Assembly (NCBI GenBank): GCA_010015585.1
Contig: ML975181.1
Source of the DNA: Eremomyces bilateralis CBS 781.70
Lineage: Eukaryota
DNA: 64,000 nt
Direction: 5' to 3' (one strand)
Every line of letters begins with the position of its first letter. The first letter of the stretch is position 1. Shown here piece by piece: positions 39,005 to 47,030 of the stretch. The position numbers and the translations under genes were made by a program. The notes beneath the pieces were generated by a model. It did no database searches and was not told where the DNA came from. It worked only from the letters and a program-made list of their open reading frames with translations.

Positions 39005-40636
39005 ATGATTTCCACCATCTCCCAACCACCATCGACCTTCACTGTTCCGCCCTCGCAAAACACGGCCCCAGTGAACGAGTTCCGATGTCTCTACACCCAC
39101 GACATCCAGCGCAAGAAGAAGCGGTGGCAAGATGGGTTCCTCAAATTCCACACCTTCAACAAACGCGTCATGGTGTACGACACCGCGCGCAATTTTGTGG
39201 GCGACCTACACTGGAAAGATGTGGCCGAGGTCCAGGAGGGCGTCGAATTAGAGCTGGACATAGGCGTCCTGGTCGAAGTGACCGAGAAGCTGGGGACGAC
39301 CACCACGAATCTGGCCCCGATTTTCCAGAGGAAGGCGAACGTGGCATCGAGCAATCGGCCTCGACCGACGCCGGCTCCGGCGACCGTTAGACAGCCGATC
39401 GCGATCCAAGGAACGATCCCCGCACAGATGCGACATAAGCCGTTGGCGAGCTTGCTGGGAACGCCGACGGGCAGACATGGCCGAGCGATGTTGCCTATAC
39501 ATTCTCCGTATACGGAACGGCATGGGGATGGTGAGCGTCAACCAACCGGAGAGAGTGCAAGGAAGAGGCAAAGGATAGAAGACCCTGGCCAGGAGCCCGG
39601 ATGGTCTGTCACTCGAGTCTCGAAGCCAGCCAAGAATACGCCGCTACAGGATACGAACCGCCAGCCTACTGGAGCAACTGGATCTACCGCTTTGCGATCC
39701 AAGAAGACAAAGACCATCCCTCATCGGCGGCCCCTGGGCCTGACTCGAAGCCAGAAGACGTTGGCCGTCAAGGAGGTCATCGATATCATTTCATCAGATT
39801 CAGAGCGCTCTCAACCGCCTCCCACTACACCTACAAGAATCTCAACCTCTCCTAGGTCAGGTCCAATCAGATGTAGTAGTCCGGGTCTAGTGCAGATGCG
39901 GATCCTCGAAGTTGAGCCTGTCGAAGAATTCGTCGATATCTCGACCATCGAGTCAGACGAACCAATTCACGGGCCGGAATATCGCATACCCCCAAGGCGC
40001 CCGCCTGAGTCTACCCGGCCGAGGACCCTATATGGAAGAACGGCAGATGTACCCTCACCAGACAATATTCTAGCTAGACGACCTGTTGCAAGGCTCCCAA
40101 GGAGGAATACAAAACCGATCCGTCTTGTGTCCGGAAAGCAGAGGAAAATGCTCGTTTTCGGTTCGGATAACGACAAAGCATCAACTGCCCAAGGACGTTC
40201 CAGCGATCCCCTACAACCGCCCCAAGCAGGCGACGAAGCGCGCCTCTCTCAAGAGTTATTCGACTTCGGCCTCTCCGATGATGACGGAAGCGCACTCCAA
40301 GGTCATCCTCCAATAGCGCAGCAACCACCCGCCCAACCTCCACATAACCGAAATGCTGCCCTCTCTCTCAGCCAGGAACCCACTGCATCACCGAAGACCA
40401 AATCGCTACTCCATCGCTCTCGGAGCGACATATCTGGAGTGCGGACACGCAACACCGCAACATGCGCAGTCGATCCAACTGTACCCCTACTCGCCGAAGT
40501 CGAAGAAGAGGAAATCCTCGGCCCCTGGAGCATCGAGGCACTCTATTTATTCGATTGGCGGCCCCCTGGGTTTACCGAAGAGCAGGAAGCGACGGCAGAT
40601 GTGGCGGCGCTTCAGAGGCTAGCGCTACCCGTGTGA
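39005..40636 (+). CDS. DUF2439 (ZGRF1/Mte1-like N-terminal domain) protein
   Basis: Intronless 543 aa. N-terminal EFRCLYTHDIQRKKKRWQDGFLKFHTFNKRVMVYD...ELELDIGVLVEV, disordered middle, and C-terminal GPWSIEALYLFDWRPP. Confidence 0.88.
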   Translation: MISTISQPPSTFTVPPSQNTAPVNEFRCLYTHDIQRKKKRWQDGFLKFHTFNKRVMVYDTARNFVGDLHWKDVAEVQEGVELELDIGVLVEVTEKLGTTTTNLAPIFQRKANVASSNRPRPTPAPATVRQPIAIQGTIPAQMRHKPLASLLGTPTGRHGRAMLPIHSPYTERHGDGERQPTGESARKRQRIEDPGQEPGWSVTRVSKPAKNTPLQDTNRQPTGATGSTALRSKKTKTIPHRRPLGLTRSQKTLAVKEVIDIISSDSERSQPPPTTPTRISTSPRSGPIRCSSPGLVQMRILEVEPVEEFVDISTIESDEPIHGPEYRIPPRRPPESTRPRTLYGRTADVPSPDNILARRPVARLPRRNTKPIRLVSGKQRKMLVFGSDNDKASTAQGRSSDPLQPPQAGDEARLSQELFDFGLSDDDGSALQGHPPIAQQPPAQPPHNRNAALSLSQEPTASPKTKSLLHRSRSDISGVRTRNTATCAVDPTVPLLAEVEEEEILGPWSIEALYLFDWRPPGFTEEQEATADVAALQRLALPV

Positions 40637-41388
40637 AGGCGGTCGCTGGGGCCTTGAAATGGAAAGGATGGCGAGCTGGTGATTTGTGACGGCTGGATCA
40701 TGCATGTGCAATGGGAGCAGCATCATAAACATAAAGCCTGAGGCTCGATTTCTAAGTCTTCACGGCCTATGCAGCTCGGGAGAATTGCCACGGCGCTTGA
40801 GCACTGGCATCATAATGAGGTACGACATGATCAACGAGAGTTTAGGGAGAAGTCCAGACCAGCCCTTCATCCTCCTAGTCTGAAGTCCACCGTTGTGTTT
40901 CTTTTCGCATGAGAGCATCTTCGTCGCTTTACTATCAGTCCAATCAGGGGTGCCTGAAAGCATACCGTCACCCGCAATAACAGCACTATCCTATTAGCTC
41001 TACGATATTTATCTGCAACATGTCCCCTTTGGCTCTGATCTTTAGGCTTCCTCATTTGCCAGTTCACGGTGTTTTCGATACTTCATGTGTACAGCCCCAG
41101 CCTTACCAGATGCCCAAACTTTCGGCCCCCATTTCTTTGCTACTGCGCCATGCAAGCCAGCACCAGCGTTGAGACGCCCCTCTCTACATACCGATATCAT
41201 TCTTGTGGCGAGTGACCATATCACGCGGCTTCACCATGCTAGGCAGTGCCGCCCTGAAACTTATATCCCGCCTCTCGGGTTCCCCCTATAAAACCACCAT
41301 TGTCTTCCCGCCTTCCCCGTTCTCCCCATTCGATTCGATCCCCTCTCCCTATCTCATCCTCGTTGCCTATCCCTTCTTCCCCCTCACC

Positions 41389-41772
41389 ATGGCCCAAGAC
41401 TGCTGCTCCCGCGCCGCCAAAGCCTGGCAAGAAGCCAAAGCCACCGTCCACAGCTGCCGCGCCGAGGAAACCGTCTCCCATCGCGGCTGGACGGCGGCGC
41501 GGGATTACCTGCAGTCCGTTCTGGGTGCGAGCCCGCCTCGGTCGAACGCAACAGGTACGCCGCCATGTCAACTAGCTAGAAGCGGCCGGAACTCCGTACT
41601 AATTGCGAACGATCCAGTCAAGAAGGCTCGGCAGTCGCTGGAGAAGAAGCGGGAGATTTACGAGTGGGCGAAAGATCGGCGGGTGCAGGCGGAGGGGAGG
41701 AGGGATGAGGCATTCCGGAGGCTCGAGGCGGAGGAGGCAGCGAGGTTAGTGTCATGGTCCATGGTTATTTAA
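41389..41772 (+). CDS. Small hypothetical helical/coiled-coil protein
   Basis: ATG in CACCATGG context. A plausible in-frame GTACGC..CTAAT..CAG intron (~41555-41617) joins MAQDCCSRAAKAWQE... to VKKARQSLEKKREIYEWAK...; no known domain. Confidence 0.45.
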   Translation: MAQDCCSRAAKAWQEAKATVHSCRAEETVSHRGWTAARDYLQSVLGASPPRSNATGTPPCQLARSGRNSVLIANDPVKKARQSLEKKREIYEWAKDRRVQAEGRRDEAFRRLEAEEAARLVSWSMVI

Positions 41773-42470
41773 TCGACTGAAAGCTGATGTTTTGCTGCAG
41801 CAAGAGACTGGCCCCGGAACTTGGAATCCAAGTTGCTGAAGGGGCGTATCCGTATAGACATCAGTGGGATGGCAGGCGCAAACAATAATGGAATTCTGCT
41901 CATTACGGTACGAAGAAGACAGTCGAGGTTTGATGAACCTGGAAGGGCACTAAAGGAGGAAAGAATTCCGCGCCTAATGGTTTCTGACTTGGTGATATGT
42001 TTCCGATGCGATTTGAGGCAGAGTTCCGAATCGAGTTCCCACAGCAGAGCGCAAGATAGGGTTTTTTTAACGGTTAAGTAGCCAAGTACTTGGTTCATCG
42101 GTCTGGTTCTTCTTGAACAGTCTCCTAACGGTCTTTGAACGGTTGGTTAACTGGTCATAGACGGTCTTGCTATTTTCGACCGTTGTTGAAGGAAGGAAAG
42201 GCTACATAACGAGTGCAAAGAACAGGGTCTGCGCCCTGCTGCATCGTTGGCCTATTAATAGCTCTTATTAGGGAAGTCTCAAATTACAGCACGGCTGCCT
42301 GCCGTATTACCTGCCGTCTGACGACGATCCAGTCGATTCATAAATCGTTCAAATTGAAAGAAGATTCTCAAGACATTCCACACTCTGTTTCTTCCAGCAA
42401 ACTATTGCCAGATCTTGAGTCAAAGTTTTGCAGCTACCGGTATTCGCAATACAGCTTTCAAATTTCACTG

Positions 42471-43295
42471 ATGGCTTCAGAGGCACAAAAGCCGCCGCTG
42501 TCCCCGGACTGGGTCTATTCGAATCAATCCAATGTCCAGTATATTTCGATCCGTGGTAGTTTGAATCTGGTTTCCGGTATTTACTTACGGTTGAACAGCG
42601 TCGCCAAAGACAAAGGGTGGTTCACAACTTACACTCCGTTCGATTCAAAAGTCGGTTGCATATACCATGACGGAACATCCAAGGTGGTCGGAATTGGGAC
42701 CGTTACTTTGTCAGTCAACAGAGCCCCAAGACTCAAAGGCAGCGAGTCACACAACACTATCGTACTGAACGATGTCCTCCATGTTCCTTCATTCCTCTCC
42801 AACGTTATCGCCATGCACGCGGTTGGTTTCAACCATACCTGGGCATGCAGAAAGGGTCTATTCGACAAAAACGGACGGTACATCGCCTACTTCGATCCTA
42901 AGTGCACCTTCGACGTTCTCAAATTGAGCGGCCCTCCAGTCGGACCCGTCGTTGGACGCTCGATCTTTCTCATATCCGAACTAGAGAGGCGACGAGTCCA
43001 CTATCTGGTCAACGCCACCTGGTCGAATGAAGAATATAGGAGATGGAAGCACCATCAACAGGCCGAGGCATATGCCGGAAATACCCCCTATACCAAAGCT
43101 GAGCGAGCGTGGATCAGGAGGCATTTCAGAAGCGAATTCCATTTCCTTCTCTCGTATGGCCTCAAGATCTACGACGAAGAGGATCATTTGGAGGGCAGAG
43201 CCATCGCCCGTGCATTGATGGAGGACTCAGAAGATGAGACGGATCCTGAGGACAAGGACGATGGCGAAGGTGGAGATGAGGGTGAAAGTGACTAA
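42471..43295 (+). CDS. Stand-alone protein with a Ty1/copia Pol protease-like beta-barrel domain and acidic tail
   Basis: After removing the 60-nt intron 42539-42598: PDWVYSNQSNVHVAKDKGWFTTYTPF...VVGIGTVTLSV...IVLNDVLHVPSFLSNVI. This aligns by eye with the copia protease pattern W.lDSGas.Hm......F..y...v.G.G.V.l....l.L.dVL.VP.l..Nl. It is followed by a fungal C-terminal motif (FRSEFHFLLSYGLKIYDEED.LEGRAIARALM). Confidence 0.75.
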   Translation: MASEAQKPPLSPDWVYSNQSNVQYISIRGSLNLVSGIYLRLNSVAKDKGWFTTYTPFDSKVGCIYHDGTSKVVGIGTVTLSVNRAPRLKGSESHNTIVLNDVLHVPSFLSNVIAMHAVGFNHTWACRKGLFDKNGRYIAYFDPKCTFDVLKLSGPPVGPVVGRSIFLISELERRRVHYLVNATWSNEEYRRWKHHQQAEAYAGNTPYTKAERAWIRRHFRSEFHFLLSYGLKIYDEEDHLEGRAIARALMEDSEDETDPEDKDDGEGGDEGESD

Positions 43296-44106
43296 TACTT
43301 GCTCCATTGAAAGATGAGAGAGGACAATTGAGGACATGCGGGCGAGGGGGTTCGAAAGTTCGGAGATGAGCCATATTTCGGTTTAAGATGCACTCCTTCC
43401 CCACGGTAATGGTAGTCTAGAAAGTAGCATAGAGATAATAGCCGTCTTAACGAAAAATTCAATGTTGTCTCGAAGCAAGCCTGTTGCTATGGATGGCAGC
43501 TTGTCGAAGAACTCGGAAGTATCAACAAAGTTATCTGTCCTGTCTCAACCGCCGCTGAGTCCGCCGACCGAGATATTACAGGTAGGGTATGCTACTTCCT
43601 ATGGATTCTTATTGATTCCCCTCATATCAAGGATGGGTTCTGGAGGTATAACTAGCTGAACTTTGTCACAGAATATCTGTGTTTTATTGACGTATCATTG
43701 GCGTATCGTTGGCGTATCACCACTGTCTCATCTCATATTCGATTCTATGCCTTCTGTTTCCTTTATCGGGGAAAGGATCATCATAAAAAACCACATAAAT
43801 AGCTGCAGGAACAGCCTGTTTTCGTAGGATTCAGGCGAAGAAAGGATCAAGTTAAATCTATCTATTGCTCTTTTGGAATCTAACGGGGTTTTCCACCGTA
43901 TCGCTGCATTAATCACCGGATTGAGCGAAACCGCTATTTATCTCACAAACTTTAATTACCGATAATAATGATTGGGGTTAGAGGGTGAGGGAATCAAACC
44001 AATAAGCGATGGTAAAAAACTAGTACGGCGATGTTGCGCTTCTTATAGTATCTATTGATTACAAAGCGAGTCATATACTATGTTTGGCAGTATTTCTCAA
44101 TAACAT

Positions 44107-44187
44107 GGTTTGGTGGTCTAGTGGTATGACATCTGCTTCACATCACCGGTGCGCAGAAGATCCAGAGTTCAATTCTCTGTCTAACCA
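44107..44187 (+). tRNA. tRNA-Val(CAC) with a 9-nt intron (44143-44151)
   Basis: Acceptor GGTTTGG/TCTAACC plus A; D arm GTC-TAGTGGTAT-GAC; anticodon stem TCTGC/GCAGA with loop TT-CAC-A; intron after position 37; T arm CAGAG-TTCAATT-CTCTG. Confidence 0.93.
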
Positions 44188-44189
44188 AC

Positions 44190-44210
44190 TTTCTTTTTCA
44201 TCTTTTTTTG
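44190..44210 (+). terminator. RNA polymerase III oligo-T terminator of the tRNA
   Basis: TTTCTTTTT and TTTTTTT runs immediately after the tRNA 3' end. Confidence 0.75.
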
Positions 44211-44302
44211 TTTGCATTTCAATCAAACCTTTCACAATCAGCCAGGACTATGCGACGTATTAGGAGATTCAAAAGTGGGTTTATTCCGAAAGTATCTATA
44301 GA

Positions 44303-45478
44303 TTATATTTTACTAGCGGCAGGCCTCCCAAACTCCTTCGCATGTGGATAGTCGGTGTATCCAACTGGGTTCTTCGGGATATAGAATGTCTTCCGATTGT
44401 ACTTCGTGAACGGGATTCCCTTCATTGTCCGAAACACAAGGTCGGGATTGGAGATGAAATGCCGCCCAAAAGCAATAACGACCGGCTTGCCTTTATACTC
44501 CACATCAACCGCCTCTCTCGCCTTCTCCGCGGTATATCCTCCTGCGATAATAACCGGTTGCTCGCCCCAGGCATCCACAAACGGATGCAGGCTACCGGAT
44601 GGCGTGATATCGACAGGGCCGGTGACTCTGCTCTCCGTCAGATGGATATAGGCAAGCCCGATCTTCTTGAGCTCGCCAATAAGGTAGGTAAACTGTGGGA
44701 TCGGATCGTCCATCAGCATGCCTTGGAAAGTACCCCAAGGCGACAACCGAATGCCAGCTCGATCGGACCCCACGGCCTTGACAATGGCCTTGGCTATTTC
44801 AATAGCGAATCGCGATCGTTTCTCGATGCTGCCGCCCCATTGGTCGGTCCGTTTGTTGCATGTGTCTTGCGTAAATTGGTCTTGAGGGTTTTGTTAGCTT
44901 ACTTGTATTGAACTGGTTCGCTCGGAATAACACCGCTTACCGATAAGATACCCATTCGCACCATGGATCTCAACTCCGTCAAACCCTGCCACTTCGACTG
45001 CGTTCTTCGCCGCCTGCGCGTACACCCCCACAAACTCCCAGATCTCCTCCTCACTCAGTGCCCTCGGAACAGGTGCCTTCTCCGTCATCGGCACAGCGCT
45101 GGAGCTGACGATCTCCAGCCCCTTCGCCTCCATGACCGGCTGGGCCGCCGCTCGACCCAGTGCCCACAGCTGGCAGTAGATCTTGCTTCCCTCGGCATGC
45201 ACCGCATCAGTGATCTCCCTCCATGCAGTGAGCTGCTCGAGGGACCATAAGCCGGGCACATTTGGCATCCCGGACGCCTTGTCGGAAATGAAGGTGGCTT
45301 CGGAGATCAGAAGTGTTCCGGGGACGCAGGCGCGCTGCGCGTAGTAGGTTGCCGAGAGTGGGATGGTAGGGACGTGGTTGTCTTGCGCTCGAAATCGGGT
45401 GAGCGGTGCCATGGCAATGCGATGGGCGAGGTCACATTTCCCGACGGTAAGTGGTTTGAAAAGGTTGGAGTTCTCCAT
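44303..45478 (-). CDS. Old yellow enzyme (NADH:flavin oxidoreductase), classical type
   Basis: LFKPLTVG..LAHRIAMAPLTRFRA, YYAQRA..PGTLLISEATFIS, CQLWALGRAA, AGFDGVEIHGANGYLI/DQFTQDTCNKRTDQWGGSIEKRSRF, GIRLSPW and AFGRHFISNPDL. One intron at ~44883-44940. Confidence 0.96.
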
Positions 45479-47030
45479 GACGAGGGCTGTATCCTGTCGA
45501 AATATGAAGACTTAACGCAGTATTCTAGCTTCTATGCTGCAGAGGAATGAATGACAAACTCGGCGCTATGGGACAGTTGAAGAGAAGCATGAAAAAATAA
45601 ATAGTACACGTTCAAGTTGCCAGCAGAAAGTCCATATACTCTACCCACATATATAACTATATATATTCGTTTTTTACAGAGTAGACATGTCTACCGAAAG
45701 GTGGCTCCGGTCCATTGAAGCCAATTAGTTCGTACAAGCATCCTCGGCAAAGCAGGGTCCATGAATATCTGGTCCCTGAGCAGTGAGAGCTTGAGGACGC
45801 TGTCAAACAAAAGAATTCCAAATGCTAATCGCGATCCAGCTTCAATATGGCGACAGACCTCTAAAACCACCAACTCACCTCTTCTTCATATATTATCAAT
45901 ACAGTACTCTCGGTTATCTTATTTCCTCCATAGGCTTGTGTCAGCGTGCGGTACGCGTCCCTACGTAAATAGGGTTTCTTCGGTTGGATTCCGCTGGGAC
46001 GTGGAACGCAAGCTGGCACCAAAGCCTGTGGAGGAGAAAAGGGAAACGAGAGTACCGCGCGGTATTTCCGCAATGATATTAACGATTGCAAAGCATAAAA
46101 TCCGGTAGTGGCCCATAGGAGAGGACTCCGCACTCAGGCCCGTAGTTCTCAGTCTTTTAACCCCTCAGATAGGAGATGGCGCAGTGCATTAACAATTGCG
46201 CTCAGGGTTTCTGCCAAATTCCAATTCATGCGAAAGAAAGCAGCGAATGGGGGGTTTGATGGAGTTGATGACAAGAACTAATGTTGCTCACTGTCTATTA
46301 TTATTTATTAATATCATTTACGGAGTACGGAATATGGAATACAGATTTGCTGAAGCTTCAAGTGGGGTCGCATTTCATCACTAGACAGTGGGAAGATCTA
46401 TACGGTACAGATATGGATACTATATGGATACTCGATTCTCAACATCACTGCTTCCACCATTTAACTATTATTTGTCAATTTTACACTGGGAGCCCTCAAC
46501 CCCGCATATGACTGGCGCATATGACTGGTGACTATTAATAGAGCCCATGTATTCGTGCGAACCAGGCTCATGCCCCAGACCCGCCAGAAGGCTGCCTCTC
46601 GAAGTTTGCAGGGCCCGCTAGAATACTTGTTCCAGAGCTCGGATGAGCAGCTTCACGAGGCCTGTAGGTACCTTACCATTGCTTAAACGCACCTTAGTAA
46701 AGCTTCAGTAGGATCGAGGACGAGGTATAGGTAATTTTGGACCATGGTACGCTCCAACACTATAAGAACCTTTTGGTCGGTTGGCCTGCAGGAAAATCCG
46801 GGGTAGGAGCAGCTTGATGTCTGTACTGACAGCAGGTGAGCCCGAGACAGAGGATTTCTACAAGAGGTTGGAAATTCCCCCGAATCACGATGAACCACTT
46901 GGGAAGGAATCGACACTGGAGGCCGATTCGTGGGATCTGAGTGTCCAACATTCCAGGGCAGGACAGTCTTCAACTTCGTTGCTAGATTTTACTTGTCAGC
47001 ACCGGTATCAATTGGACATCGACTATCATT

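Noticed and set aside
43688..43722. Three 11-bp TGRCGTATC-containing units (and a 13-bp CGCATATGACTGG doublet near 46503)
   Set aside because: Very short slippage-type duplications with no further structure.
41800..44100. Intact LTR retrotransposon around the copia-like gene, next to a tRNA
   Set aside because: No LTR pair, gag, integrase or RT motifs are visible, and the gene carries a spliceosomal intron.
10305..45478. Possible secondary-metabolite cluster (FAD oxidase, velvet, methyltransferase, MFS, squalene epoxidase, OYE)
   Set aside because: No PKS, NRPS or terpene cyclase backbone; the genes are dispersed among housekeeping genes, and two are pseudogenes.
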